Positions 1 through 10,353 of a stretch of 64,000 nt of DNA are shown here, piece after piece (within the stretch, counting starts at the first letter, position 1; each line of letters opens with the position of its first letter). The position numbers were made by a program, and so were the translations under genes. Origin of the DNA: Archangium sp. (GTDB lineage: Bacteria; Myxococcota; Myxococcia; Myxococcales; Myxococcaceae); the NCBI GenBank assembly GCA_031367385.1, contig JANLPS010000019.1, positions 15,263 through 79,262 of the forward strand. The letters are read 5' to 3'. The notes beneath the pieces were generated by a model. That model did no database searches and was not told where the DNA came from. It was given only the letters and a program-made list of their open reading frames with translations.

Positions 1-867
1 GAGAACAAAGTTCAGCTTTGCAGCTTGCTGAGCATCAAGACCGGCGGCTGCGCAGAAGACTGCGCCTACTGCCCGCAAGCGGCGCGCTACAAGACCGGCG
101 TCAAGGCCGAGAAGTTGATGGCGGTCGACGAGGTGCTCGAGGCCGCGCAAAAGGCCCGAGACGCCGGGGCGACCCGGTTCTGCATGGGCGCCGCCTGGCG
201 AGAAGTGAAAGATGGCCCGCAGTTCGACTCGGTGCTCGAGATGGTGCGCGGCGTGAAATCGATGGGCATGGAGGCCTGCTGCACCCTCGGCATGGTCTCG
301 AAGGCCCAGGTCGCGCGGCTCAAAGACGCCGGCCTCGATGCCTACAACCACAACCTCGATACCGGTGAGAGCCACTACGGCGACATCATCTCGACGCGCA
401 CCTACCAAGACCGGCTCACGACCATCGCCTCGGTTCGCGAGGCGGGCATCGAGGTGTGCTCGGGCGGCATCATCGGGCTGGGCGAGAGCATCGAGGCGCG
501 CTGCGAGATGCTGGTGACCTTGGCCAACCAGCCGAAGCACCCCGAGTCGGTGCCGGTGAACGCGTTGGTCGCGGTCGAGGGCACGCCGCTCGCCGAGCAG
601 AAGCAGGTCGATTTCACCGAGATGGTGCGAATGATCGCCGTAGCGAGGCTGATGATGCCGGCCTCGATGGTGCGGCTGTCGGCCGGGCGCTCGCAGATGA
701 GCCAGGAGGCCCAGCTGCTGTGCATGATGGCCGGCGCGAACTCGCTGTTTTTCGGAGAGAAGCTGCTCACCACCGGCAACCCCGAGTACGCAGAAGACAT
801 GTCGCTGTTCGAGAAGGCGGGCATCGTGCCGCTGGAGCCGAACGTCGATGTGCCGACGCGGCAGTAA
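1..867 (+). CDS. bioB: Biotin synthase (radical SAM), 5'-truncated by the window
   Basis: CxxxCxxC motif ([10 protein letters not shown]), [24 protein letters not shown] and RLSAGR motifs; frame open from base 1. Confidence 0.97.
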   Translation, partial: ENKVQLCSLLSIKTGGCAEDCAYCPQAARYKTGVKAEKLMAVDEVLEAAQKARDAGATRFCMGAAWREVKDGPQFDSVLEMVRGVKSMGMEACCTLGMVSKAQVARLKDAGLDAYNHNLDTGESHYGDIISTRTYQDRLTTIASVREAGIEVCSGGIIGLGESIEARCEMLVTLANQPKHPESVPVNALVAVEGTPLAEQKQVDFTEMVRMIAVARLMMPASMVRLSAGRSQMSQEAQLLCMMAGANSLFFGEKLLTTGNPEYAEDMSLFEKAGIVPLEPNVDVPTRQ

Positions 868-875
868 CGAAGACC

Positions 876-2021
876 GTGGCTGACGTGGTCGCGCAGTGGG
901 CTCGGTCGTCGCTCGAGGCGAGCGAGCGGCAGGGTTTGCGGCGTACCCTCGAGCCGCTGAGCTCGGCGCAGGGGCCCCGCATTTGCATTGGGGGGCGGTG
1001 GCTGACCAATTTTTCCTCGAACGATTACCTCGGCCTGGCGAACGACCCACTGTTGCGCGAGGCAGCGAAGGCGGCGATCGACCGCTTCGGCGTGGGCTCC
1101 GGCGCCTCACGCCTGGTGGTCGGAGACTCGCTCGAACATCAAGCCCTCGAAGCAGAGCTCGCCGCGTTCGAGCGCACCGAGTCGGCGCTGTTGTTCAACT
1201 CGGGGTACGCGGCCAACGTGGGGACGATTTCGGCGCTGGTGGGCCCGGGCGACGTGGTGTTCAGCGACGCGCTCAACCACGCGTCGATCATCGATGGCTG
1301 CCGGCTCTCACGCGCGCAGATCGTGGTGTACCCGCACCGCGATGTGGCAACCCTCGAGCGGCTCGTTGGAGGGCACCTGGGTCGGCGGCGGCTGGTGGTG
1401 ACCGACGCGGTCTTCTCGATGGACGGCGACCTGGCCCCGCTGCGCGAGCTTTCGACGCTCTGCGAGGAGCACGGCCTGGGGTTGATGGTCGACGAAGCGC
1501 ACGCCACGGGCGTTCTGGGCGTGGGCGGCGCCGGGCTCAGCGAAGCGCTGGGGGTCAGGCCTGACGTGGTGATGGGCACGCTCTCGAAGTCGATTGGCGC
1601 GATGGGGGCGTACGTCGCCGGGGCTTCAGTGCTTCGCGAGATGCTGCTCAACCAGGCGCGGTCGCTGGTGTTTTCGACCGCGCTCCCGGCGTCGATGTGC
1701 GCCGCGGCCCGAGCTGGCCTGCGGGCCTTGGGCGACGAAGAGCGGCGCTCGCGGCTGTGGCGCAACATGAACCAACTGGCGGCGGGCCTCGGGGTCGAGC
1801 CCCGGTCGAGTATTTTCTCGGTGATTCTGGGCGCTCCCGAGAAGGCGGTGGCGGCGGCGAGCGCGCTGCGTGAACGAGGCATCTTGGTGAAGCCGATTCG
1901 GCCCCCGACGGTGCCGGTGGGTACCAGTCGCCTTCGCATCGCGGTGACGGCGGGGCACACCGCCAATGAGGTGGCGGCTCTGGTCGATGGCCTTCGCGAT
2001 GTCAAAGCCATTCACTTCTGA
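876..2021 (+). CDS. bioF: 8-amino-7-oxononanoate synthase
   Basis: [38 protein letters not shown] and IRPPTVP motifs; directly after bioB; start GTG 876 is an estimate. Confidence 0.95.
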   Translation: MADVVAQWARSSLEASERQGLRRTLEPLSSAQGPRICIGGRWLTNFSSNDYLGLANDPLLREAAKAAIDRFGVGSGASRLVVGDSLEHQALEAELAAFERTESALLFNSGYAANVGTISALVGPGDVVFSDALNHASIIDGCRLSRAQIVVYPHRDVATLERLVGGHLGRRRLVVTDAVFSMDGDLAPLRELSTLCEEHGLGLMVDEAHATGVLGVGGAGLSEALGVRPDVVMGTLSKSIGAMGAYVAGASVLREMLLNQARSLVFSTALPASMCAAARAGLRALGDEERRSRLWRNMNQLAAGLGVEPRSSIFSVILGAPEKAVAAASALRERGILVKPIRPPTVPVGTSRLRIAVTAGHTANEVAALVDGLRDVKAIHF

Positions 2022-2644
2022 GGTCGAACCGCCGCGAGCAACGCGGCCATCTGCGGCGTCTTCGCGGCGACCTTGGCGAGCTGAGCGAACCACTCCAGGC
2101 CATGGCCGCTCGCGGTGACCTTGGCGAAGGTCGTCATCAGCGCGTCGACCGACTCGACCGAGCCCTCGATCGCGAGCACGCCCAGCACTGAGATCGAAGG
2201 CTCGATGCCGACGGCGACGGCCCGCAACGCCTCGACCATCGCGGGGTCAGCGGCCAGCGCCTGAAGCGATTGCGTCTTGAGCTTCGAGCCAAAAGCCGCG
2301 GTCGCGTTCAACTTGAGAAAACGCGTGAGCAATGACCTCCACGCGAGCTGCAGCTCGCCGTCACTGCCATCGCGCGGCAAGAGGGCCCGTGCCAAAAGAG
2401 AGAATTCGGTGGTCGCAGCGCCACGATCGAACGCCGCGAGCATGCCCCGAATCACCTCCGCCGGGAGGCCACCAGCGCTCCGCGCGAACCGATACCAATC
2501 GCGGCCCACGAAGTAGAGCGATGCCGCGGTCAGCACCTGTGCATCGACGTGAGGGAGCGAACGAAAAGCGGCAACCCAGCCCGTGACGTCGGAGGGCCGT
2601 GTGCGAAGGAGTTGAGTGGCCTCAGCGACCGAGCGTTTCTTCAT
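2012..2644 (-). CDS. Hypothetical protein (210 aa, helical)
   Basis: ORF with plausible composition filling the gap, convergent with bioF. Confidence 0.65.
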   Translation of the reverse strand: MKKRSVAEATQLLRTRPSDVTGWVAAFRSLPHVDAQVLTAASLYFVGRDWYRFARSAGGLPAEVIRGMLAAFDRGAATTEFSLLARALLPRDGSDGELQLAWRSLLTRFLKLNATAAFGSKLKTQSLQALAADPAMVEALRAVAVGIEPSISVLGVLAIEGSVESVDALMTTFAKVTASGHGLEWFAQLAKVAAKTPQMAALLAAVRPQK

Positions 2645-3033
2645 CAGTTCCAGCGGCGGCGTGCTGCTGCCAGGTGAGGGCTTCCTCCTGATTGGGCCAA
2701 CACGACGGCGTCATCGTCAATTTGCATTGGTAGACCTTCGTTCTGCCACACCCTTCTCAACGGTAAGTGCCCTTTGGGCTCTGCGCTTCAGGGCAGCCCA
2801 ATCTGACTGAACATACATTACGACAGCCTCGCGCTCGCCTTGTGCCACGGCCTTCGGAGCGGTCGCACAAGAACCGAAGTGTCGCGTTCCTTCTACTGCG
2901 AGGAGGCGTTGGGTGAGGGCCCTGACGGAGCTTGGTGCGGTGCCCTCGGCATGCCCGACCGGGCAGGCCCGAGGCTCGCCTTGTTCGTGTCGTAGGGCTG
3001 GTGATCGTCTCGCGGAAATGATGATTGAGCAAC

Positions 3034-3834
3034 ATGCTGCCGCGCCTGCAACTTTTCGAGTTCAACGATGCCGCGTGGGCCCCCAAGGTCTTGCGCGAGA
3101 CGATCATCGAAGCGTTGAGCCGAACGCTCGATTGGGCGCACGTGATGCGGCCCTTGGTGGGGCCCTTTCGTGAGTTTCTCGCCGCGAGCAAGGCCGGCAC
3201 CATCATCGACCTGGCTGCCGGGGCGGGGGGGCCAGCGGCCATCTTGCTGCACGAACTGCGACGCGCCGGGGCCACCCTGCCCAAGTTCGTGTTGACTGAC
3301 CTGCTGCCGGCGGTCGAGTCGTGGTCGCAGCTCAAAGAGCGCTTCCCCGCCTCAGTCGAGTATGTGGCTGAGCCGGTCGACGCGACCGCCATTCCTCCGA
3401 AGCTCGAGGGGGCGCGGCTGATCATCAACGCCCTCCACCACTTTCCTCCAGCGCTGGCGCAGCAGGTGCTGCTGGCGGCCTGCAAGGGCTCGCCCGGCAT
3501 TTTCGTGGCCGAGGGCCTGGTGCGAAACCCGCTGTCTTTCGCGGCGATGGCACCGGCGGGCGTGGTCTCGCTGATGCTGGGCCCGCTGGTCACCCGAGAG
3601 CACCGGCTCGAACGAATCTTCTACACCTGGCTGACGCCGCTCGCCCTGCTGGCCTCAGTGTGGGACGGCACGGTGAGCACCTTTCGCTGCTACAGCGAAG
3701 TGGAGCTTCGAGCGATGGTCGAGCCGCTGGGCGACAGCTGGCGGTGGGAGTTCGGGACCTACGAGTTCAACGCGTTGGGGCGCGGTACCTGGTTTTACGG
3801 TGTGCCGAGCCCAGTGGCGGTCAGCGCTTCTTGA
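3034..3834 (+). CDS. Class I SAM-dependent methyltransferase-like protein
   Basis: IIDLAAGAGGP motif I, LTDL, VDAT and ALHHF motifs. Confidence 0.85.
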   Translation: MLPRLQLFEFNDAAWAPKVLRETIIEALSRTLDWAHVMRPLVGPFREFLAASKAGTIIDLAAGAGGPAAILLHELRRAGATLPKFVLTDLLPAVESWSQLKERFPASVEYVAEPVDATAIPPKLEGARLIINALHHFPPALAQQVLLAACKGSPGIFVAEGLVRNPLSFAAMAPAGVVSLMLGPLVTREHRLERIFYTWLTPLALLASVWDGTVSTFRCYSEVELRAMVEPLGDSWRWEFGTYEFNALGRGTWFYGVPSPVAVSAS

Positions 3835-5026
3835 TGGCCTCGCGGAGCGTTCGCGCGAAGGTGGGCGTGGTCAGTAACACCGTGAGCCCCGAGGGAGTCG
3901 TGATCTCCACCCGAACGCAGCTCCGCGGAGCCCTGTCATCTCCGTGATGCGCTGCGACGGAGACCTTGGTGATCGCCCTGAGCGAGAAGTTGAACAGCAA
4001 TCGCAGCGTGCCCTTGCTCACTGCAAAGAAATTGATGATCAGGTCGGTGATCATCGCGTGGCTGATCGTCGGTTTCGCGCGTGAAGGGTCTCGGTTCAGT
4101 CCCCATCCGGTCACGGCGCCCCACGCTCGCGGCGGCCGAGGCTTCGTCGAATCATACGAGGTAGGCTCCGGTGAGCAGCGCGCCGCCGCGCCGACCGGAA
4201 GATCATCGATGACCTCGTAGCCCTCCGGCACCGACTCGAGCGCTCGCGTGACCCCGGCAGCTTCCGGCCACGCGGTCGTCGTGACGGTGAGCTCTCCGTA
4301 CTCGGCGAGACCCTTCAGACGCGTACCGAGCGTGATGCGCCGACGAGAGGCCTTCGAGAACCAGCTCCACGCGACCGTGGCTGGCTGGGGCACCTTGAGG
4401 GTGGAGGCGACCGAGCCGTCGAGGCCCAGGAGCTTGAGCGAACCGTGGTTGTTCGCGAGCACCGCGAAGTCACCTTCGGCGGTGAACCCCGCACTGTGCG
4501 CCGGCAGCAGGGTCAGCACCCGTGCCGTGAAAGAGCTCGGCTTGCGGGTCAGCTCGAGCAAGGCGAAGTGCGTTCGGCTGACGCTCGCGAGCCCGAAGAG
4601 CTTCCCCGCTCGCCGCGTCAGGGAGCGGAGCGACAGGGAGGCGTGGCCCTTTCCCGCATGCCGGTCGATCTGGTTCACCTTCAACGGAGCCGTCGCACGG
4701 GCCTTCTTGCCTTGCAAGGTCGCTTCGATGATCGCCGTGCCGTGCACCACGTGAAACGCGTCGCTCATCACCAGCGTGAGCAGGTCTCCTTCGAGGTGGT
4801 GGCTCAGCACGTGTCGATCATGACTTCGCGCGAGCGTATGCGTACGCTTCGTGCGGCCTTCGAAGATCACGATTTGCGCCGGCGTCTTCCCAGCCCAGGG
4901 GTGACCCACCCACACCGTGCGCTCGGGGGCCCGCGACACACTCTGGACTTGGGCGGTGGGCAACGCGGGCATTCGACCCGCTTCACCATGAGCAGATCGC
5001 GATTCAATGACGAGACGCAGCGGCAT
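3821..5026 (-). CDS. Hypothetical protein (~400 aa)
   Basis: Protein-like portion of ORF 3821..5617 beginning at MPLRLVIES; the upstream part overlaps the next gene. Confidence 0.6.
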   Translation of the reverse strand: MPLRLVIESRSAHGEAGRMPALPTAQVQSVSRAPERTVWVGHPWAGKTPAQIVIFEGRTKRTHTLARSHDRHVLSHHLEGDLLTLVMSDAFHVVHGTAIIEATLQGKKARATAPLKVNQIDRHAGKGHASLSLRSLTRRAGKLFGLASVSRTHFALLELTRKPSSFTARVLTLLPAHSAGFTAEGDFAVLANNHGSLKLLGLDGSVASTLKVPQPATVAWSWFSKASRRRITLGTRLKGLAEYGELTVTTTAWPEAAGVTRALESVPEGYEVIDDLPVGAAARCSPEPTSYDSTKPRPPRAWGAVTGWGLNRDPSRAKPTISHAMITDLIINFFAVSKGTLRLLFNFSLRAITKVSVAAHHGDDRAPRSCVRVEITTPSGLTVLLTTPTFARTLREAIKKR

Positions 5027-5132
5027 GGGCGGTTCTTGCCCCGAATGCCGCAGGCCCGCTACCCGCTTCTCAATGCCCTGCGGCCCCGGGCGCTGTCGGC
5101 TGAGGCGGCTGACTTCGACATTCTGGAGGCCC

Positions 5133-6011
5133 TCAGCGGCGCAGCGACAGCGCTTGCACCAGGTAGACCTCGAGGTGCCTGGGCGAGTGCCGCCGCAGCC
5201 AAGGGGCGCCCTCGAGCAGATCATCGACCTTGAAGCCCACGCCCTGGGCGAGTGACGCCACCGTCGAGTCGTCGTGCTCGGGGTCATTGAGCGAAGGCTC
5301 AGGCGTGCACAGCAGCAACCGGCCTCGGTGTCGCAGCGCTCGATGGGCTGAGACGAAGAAGTCACCGGGCGCCTCGAGCAGGTCGACCACGTTCTCGGCG
5401 ACCAGCGAATCGACGACGCCCTTTTGCACCGGCACCGCGGTCGCATCGCCGACCACCGGCAGCCCGCCCGAGCGCTGGCTCGCTTGCAGCACCGCGCGCA
5501 GCGACAGGTCGATGACCACCAGGCGTTTGGCCGCTGACAGCTTCTCCGAGAGCAGCCCCGCCCCGCAGCCGACCTCGACCACGCAGTCACCCTCGACTCG
5601 CGCCGCGAGCCATTCACGCACCGACTGCACTTCAGACAGGGTGATCAGCTCGGCAAGTGCCTGGCTGCCGACCCCTTCAATCATGGTCGGAGGCGCTCGC
5701 CCTTCGAGCTCTTCGCGGGTCCAATCGTCGCCGAAGCGCTGGGCCTCTTCGCCTGGCAACCCCTCGGCGAAGGCCCGCAGGGTGCTCAGCGAGAGATCAT
5801 CGGCCAGGCTCACCTCGGCCAGCGCCGCGAGCGCCGAGTCGTAGAACGACGCGCACCACCGCGCGGGCTCAGGCACCAGAATCGGTACACCGCCCAGCAC
5901 GGGGTAGACGCCACAGCTGCGGCACCGAAGCACGGTGCCAGCGGCGGCGAGCTTCTTCGAGCACCGAGGGCACCCGAGTACCGACAGTGACCACCCGACC
6001 ATGACGCTCAT
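5133..6011 (-). CDS. SAM-dependent methyltransferase with N-terminal Trm112-like Zn ribbon
   Basis: CPRC...CRSC..YPVLGGVPIL, then VEVGCGAG and VVGDA; ATGA overlap with the upstream pilin-like gene. Confidence 0.85.
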   Translation of the reverse strand: MSVMVGWSLSVLGCPRCSKKLAAAGTVLRCRSCGVYPVLGGVPILVPEPARWCASFYDSALAALAEVSLADDLSLSTLRAFAEGLPGEEAQRFGDDWTREELEGRAPPTMIEGVGSQALAELITLSEVQSVREWLAARVEGDCVVEVGCGAGLLSEKLSAAKRLVVIDLSLRAVLQASQRSGGLPVVGDATAVPVQKGVVDSLVAENVVDLLEAPGDFFVSAHRALRHRGRLLLCTPEPSLNDPEHDDSTVASLAQGVGFKVDDLLEGAPWLRRHSPRHLEVYLVQALSLRR

Positions 6012-6583
6012 TCGGAGACGTCGTCTCGCTCGTGAAACAGCTCGCCAGGCGCAATGGTTTGCCCGGCGTGCTCGCGCGCCGCCGACGAGATGCTCCACAC
6101 GTCGAGCGTGTCATCGGTGTCGATGTTGCCGGCGCACGCTCCGACGAAGGTGCAATCAGGGCACTCGCCTTCGACCCCGGGCAACTGGTCTCCAGCCAAG
6201 GGTGGCAGGCTGTCTTCATCGACCGGAGCGCTCTCGCGAGAGGTCGGGTTGATGATCAACTCGGGGCCTCCGAAGTACGTGTACCGCTTCGACCCGGCCG
6301 TCGAGAACATCGACAGGTCGGCGGCGTCATCGGCGTAGTCGGCTTTCTCGGCGAAGTAGGCCTGCTGGGCGACGTACATCGACTTGAGGGTGGTCTTGCA
6401 CTCGGCTTGTTTCGAGCGGGCCTGAAAGCGAACGAAGTTGGGTATCGCGATCGCCGCCAGCACGCCCGAGCACATGCAGAACACCAGCAACCCGCCGACG
6501 ATCAACGCGATGATCAGCAGCGTCTTGTTCGAGTTGCCCACCGGCTTCGGCGGAGGAGGCACCACGCCTGACGTGGGCGTCAT
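6008..6583 (-). CDS. Type IV pilin-like membrane protein without a canonical prepilin leader
   Basis: LAAIAIPNFVRFQARSKQAECKTTLK resembles myxobacterial PilA helix 1; C-terminal GNIDTDDTLDVWSI; no GFTLIE motif. Confidence 0.8.
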   Translation of the reverse strand: MTPTSGVVPPPPKPVGNSNKTLLIIALIVGGLLVFCMCSGVLAAIAIPNFVRFQARSKQAECKTTLKSMYVAQQAYFAEKADYADDAADLSMFSTAGSKRYTYFGGPELIINPTSRESAPVDEDSLPPLAGDQLPGVEGECPDCTFVGACAGNIDTDDTLDVWSISSAAREHAGQTIAPGELFHERDDVSE

Positions 6584-7326
6584 GGCAGGTCGTCACACGG
6601 CGTACCGAGGGGCTGACCGTCGAAGACGCCGAGGTCCAAGTAGACCATGCGCACGTTGCTTGGCTCGTCGAGCGGCACGTTGATCAGCTTGATCTCCTTC
6701 TTGCCCTGCACCCACTTCGGGTCTTTGCCGGTGACCAGCCGCAGCTCTCCGGTCTTGGTCGAGAAGATCATGCCCTCTGAGTCGTCGACGATGTCTTTGA
6801 GCGGCTGCATCTTCAGTTTGCCGCGGGGGCCGATGAAGAGCCGAAAGTCTCGACGCGAGTCGTCGGTCGAACGAAAGCGATCGATGAAGTAGTAGTTGGC
6901 CTTTTCATCGCGCATCAAGTGCTCGGGCAAGCGCAAGAACCTGCGGGTCAGAATCTTGGCGCTCTCGAGCACTTTCTGGCCCTCTTCGGGCGAGAGCGCG
7001 GTGAACTTGGTGGTCTTGTCATCATCAGCGCAGGCGACGGCCAGCTCTTTGTTGCCAGCGGGTACTGTGACCGACGCGGTGCTTTTGATTCGAGGGTCCC
7101 AGAAGTAGGCATCGGCCTTGGTGTCGTCTGAGCTGCCGCCCTTGACCGGCACTTGGTAGAGCGCCTTGTCATCACCGTAGAACAGCGCGCCGTTGGTCAT
7201 GTTCTTCGGGTCCCACGCGATGACGTGCTTCTTGCCATCGGTGCCGACGGTGAGCTTGAACGACGACACATCGACAGGCGTGGGGGTTTGCGCGACCACC
7301 ACCAACGTCAGCAGGAGCAGGTTCAT
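6580..7326 (-). CDS. Secreted hypothetical protein, paralog A
   Basis: Hydrophobic N-terminal signal; motifs shared with 9508..10314 (LFYGD, YYF.D, F.GPRGK, LGV.DG.P.GTPCDDLP). Confidence 0.85.
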   Translation of the reverse strand: MNLLLLTLVVVAQTPTPVDVSSFKLTVGTDGKKHVIAWDPKNMTNGALFYGDDKALYQVPVKGGSSDDTKADAYFWDPRIKSTASVTVPAGNKELAVACADDDKTTKFTALSPEEGQKVLESAKILTRRFLRLPEHLMRDEKANYYFIDRFRSTDDSRRDFRLFIGPRGKLKMQPLKDIVDDSEGMIFSTKTGELRLVTGKDPKWVQGKKEIKLINVPLDEPSNVRMVYLDLGVFDGQPLGTPCDDLP

Positions 7327-7400
7327 GGCGGCGCACTATGCCATGGAGAGCGTCAGAAGCGACAAAGCCCGGTGAACTGAGCGATAAGACTCGGCGCGCG

Positions 7401-8996
7401 ATGAACGACGACGTGTTGAGCCCAGGCATGGTGGTCGCCGAGACCTACGACGTCGAGAAGATCATCGGCCGTGGGGCGATGGGCCAGGTGTACAGCGCGC
7501 ACCACCGGCGGCTCCCGGGGTTGCGGGTGGCGATCAAAGTGATGACCGGACAGGCGCTGGGGTCAGACCGGCTGTTGCGCTTTCGCCGTGAAGCCGAGAT
7601 CGCCGCCAAGCTCTCGCACCCCAACATCGTGCAGATCATCGACTACAACACCCTGCCCTCTGGGCAGCCGTACCTGGTGATGGAGTTCTTGCGCGGCGAG
7701 AACCTGCACCAGCGGCTCAAGGCCGGCCCGCTCAAGCTCGACGTGCTCAAGCGCATCGTGCGCGAGGTGGGCGCGGCGCTCGACGCGGCGCACCAAGCAG
7801 GGGTGGTGCACCGCGACCTCAAGCCCGAGAACATTTATCTGGTGCCGACGCCGACGGGTGATCAGGCCAAGGTGCTCGACTTCGGCATCTCGAAGTTGAA
7901 CGACGGCTCGGGGGTGAAGACCTCTGATTCGATGATCATCGGCACGCCGCGCTACATGTCGCCCGAGCAGGCGATGGGTCTCAACAGCCAGCTCACCGCG
8001 CGCAGCGACATCTTCTCGTTCGCGACGATTTGCTATGAAGCGCTGACCGGTCAGCCGATGTTCGATTCAGAGAACGTGGCGCAGCTGCTCTACCAGGTCG
8101 CGCAGGTGCCGCATCACCCGCTGTTGGCGCTGGTGCCAGAGCTGCCGCAAAACGTGGCGAGGGCGATCGAGAACGCGCTCGAGAAAGACCCTGCCCGGCG
8201 AACGCCCGACGTGCTCACCTTCGTGCGCGAGTTTGCCGGAGGCGCGGTGATCAAGCGGGCGCCCACCGAAGCACCTGCCGCGGCGCTCGAGCCGGTCTCG
8301 CGTACGCAGCAGCCAACGCGCGACGAGCGGGTCGCTCCAGTGCCGCGCGATGAACAAGCGCCGCCGGCGCAGAGCCCAACGACGAGATCACTCGCGCCTG
8401 TAATCGTCACCGTGCTGGCCGCCGTGTTGGTCGTCGGAGGCGCGATCGCCTTCGCCGTGACGCTCAATCAGGTGGCCCCGAAGCCAGCGCCTGGGCCGAG
8501 CGGCGCGCTCACGCCCGTGGCAGGTCAGCCGACGCCCACGCCCGATCCATTGGCCGAGCCAATGGCCGCTCCAGTGGCCGAGCCAGCTCCGGTCGAGCCC
8601 GATGCCGCAGGGCCGCTCCCCTCGCCCGACCCACCGCCTTCGCAAGTGGTGCCGCGCGTCGAACCGAGAGCCACACGGGTGATCAAGGCGAAGCCGATCG
8701 ACACCACGCCCCTGACCGAAGAAGAAGAGACGTTGCTGACCAGAATGCGTGCCGAACGACGAGCCGAAAACTGGCGAGCGCTGATGAACGCGATGATGCA
8801 GGTGCTCCAGTTGCCCAGAACCAGCCGGGCGCGCCAAGAAGGCCTGCTGCTGATCTTCGAGGCCGCCTGTGCGCGACGAGAGACCTCGGTCACCTCGCTC
8901 TTCAACCGCCTGGTGACCGACTACCCCGACACGGCGAATCAAGCGGTCGAGGCCTGCCACCGTCACCTGCCAGACCAAGCCTTCGATCGACCCTGA
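7401..8996 (+). CDS. Membrane Ser/Thr protein kinase, paralog A
   Basis: GRGAMG, VAIK, HRDLKPEN, DFG and GTPRYMSPEQ motifs; TM helix, Pro-rich linker, helical C-terminal domain. Confidence 0.95.
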   Translation: MNDDVLSPGMVVAETYDVEKIIGRGAMGQVYSAHHRRLPGLRVAIKVMTGQALGSDRLLRFRREAEIAAKLSHPNIVQIIDYNTLPSGQPYLVMEFLRGENLHQRLKAGPLKLDVLKRIVREVGAALDAAHQAGVVHRDLKPENIYLVPTPTGDQAKVLDFGISKLNDGSGVKTSDSMIIGTPRYMSPEQAMGLNSQLTARSDIFSFATICYEALTGQPMFDSENVAQLLYQVAQVPHHPLLALVPELPQNVARAIENALEKDPARRTPDVLTFVREFAGGAVIKRAPTEAPAAALEPVSRTQQPTRDERVAPVPRDEQAPPAQSPTTRSLAPVIVTVLAAVLVVGGAIAFAVTLNQVAPKPAPGPSGALTPVAGQPTPTPDPLAEPMAAPVAEPAPVEPDAAGPLPSPDPPPSQVVPRVEPRATRVIKAKPIDTTPLTEEEETLLTRMRAERRAENWRALMNAMMQVLQLPRTSRARQEGLLLIFEAACARRETSVTSLFNRLVTDYPDTANQAVEACHRHLPDQAFDRP

Positions 8997-9034
8997 AGCG
9001 CGCAACTTCGCGGGGTGCTTGAAGACAATGAGCC

Positions 9035-9496
9035 ATGGCCCTCTCAATCGCAGACACTGGCACTCGCTTGAAGCTCGCGGTTCGTGATGCCGACATCAAT
9101 GGCAACGGCACCTTGGCGACCCAAGAGATCAAAACCGCACTTTCTCAGAAAATCATCACCAAGGCCGAGCGCGACTTTCTGACGCGCGTCGCGGCCGATG
9201 CGGGCAACTCGCGCGGCGGCCTCGAGCTCACCAACTACGACCGCAAAATCGACACCTTCGTGTCGGTCGCGAAGACCGCCGACAAGGCCGGCACCACCGA
9301 CGGCGTGCTGAGCAAGGCCGAGGTGAAGGCCTCTGCGAACGAAGTCAAGGTGGGCACCACCACCGTCTGGGCCGCGCGGTCGATGTTGACGAAATTCGAA
9401 CGGGTCTCGGCCACCTCGACGCCGCCGTTGACCGAGGCCGATCTCGACAAGGTTTCGGAGATGTGGAACTCGATTGAGCAGGCCGTCACGCCGTAA
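9035..9496 (+). CDS. Small EF-hand-like protein
   Basis: DINGNGTLATQE canonical loop and a second DKAGTTDGVLSKAE loop; no signal peptide. Confidence 0.65.
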   Translation: MALSIADTGTRLKLAVRDADINGNGTLATQEIKTALSQKIITKAERDFLTRVAADAGNSRGGLELTNYDRKIDTFVSVAKTADKAGTTDGVLSKAEVKASANEVKVGTTTVWAARSMLTKFERVSATSTPPLTEADLDKVSEMWNSIEQAVTP

Positions 9497-9507
9497 AGCA
9501 GCAGCGG

Positions 9508-10314
9508 TCACGGCAAGTCGTCGCACGGCGTGCCGATGGGCACCCCGTCGTAGACGCCGAGATCATTCATCACCAGGGTCGCGTTGCGCGGGTCATCGAG
9601 ATCGAGCCGCACCAGGGTGGTCGTCTTGCCGCCCTTGACCCACTTCGAAGGGTCGGGCTTGGGCGCCGGTTCTCCGTCGACCGCCTGAGCGTTGATGACA
9701 AGGCGAAGCTCGCCGTTCTTCGTGGTGAGCACCAGGCCGGCCGAGTCATCTGCGACGTCTTTGAGCGGCTGAGACACCATCTTGCCGCGCGGGCCGACGA
9801 AGACCCGAACGTCGCGACGCTCAGGGGTCTTGGTGCGCAGCTGATCAACGAAATAATAGACGCCCGTTTCATCGCGCAGCAGCGAGATGGGCCGTCGTTG
9901 CCAGCGCGGCTCGAAGAAGCTCGCCTCGTTCACCATCTTCGCGGCGGGCTGGGGAGAAACCGGCGTGAACGTGCGCTTGGTCTTGCACTCGACCTCGTAG
10001 CTTTTGCCCGAGTCGCGCATGGTGAGCGAAGGCCGGTGAATCGGGCTGCGAGGGTCATTGAAGACGACTGACCAGGTCTCGGTACCCGACGCGCCTCCGC
10101 CGCTTTTTTCGAGCCGGTAGAACGACTTGCCGTCGCCGTAGAAGAGCGGCTCGGGCACCGGGTGGTCGGTGATGACGTAGACCAGGTAGTGCTGGTTGCC
10201 ATCGGTGAGCACCGCCATGTTCGGCAGCATCGACGTCACATCGAACTTCGCGGGGCCCGCGGGCGCGGGGGTTTGCGCGAGGAGCACGAGCAGCGAAAGG
10301 CCAAGAGCGTTCAT
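9508..10314 (-). CDS. Secreted hypothetical protein, paralog B
   Basis: Signal peptide; homologous to 6580..7326 with identical C-terminal GTPCDDLP. Confidence 0.85.
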   Translation of the reverse strand: MNALGLSLLVLLAQTPAPAGPAKFDVTSMLPNMAVLTDGNQHYLVYVITDHPVPEPLFYGDGKSFYRLEKSGGGASGTETWSVVFNDPRSPIHRPSLTMRDSGKSYEVECKTKRTFTPVSPQPAAKMVNEASFFEPRWQRRPISLLRDETGVYYFVDQLRTKTPERRDVRVFVGPRGKMVSQPLKDVADDSAGLVLTTKNGELRLVINAQAVDGEPAPKPDPSKWVKGGKTTTLVRLDLDDPRNATLVMNDLGVYDGVPIGTPCDDLP

Positions 10315-10353
10315 GGAGCGCAGCCTAAACCGAGATATAGAGCTTCGGCGCGC

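Noticed and set aside
456..875. N-terminal extension of bioF in the ORF track
   Set aside because: It overlaps bioB out of frame; BioF similarity starts only after about 876.
2645..3033. Possible ncRNA or riboswitch in the intergenic gap
   Set aside because: Only weak hairpins and no recognisable family motif.
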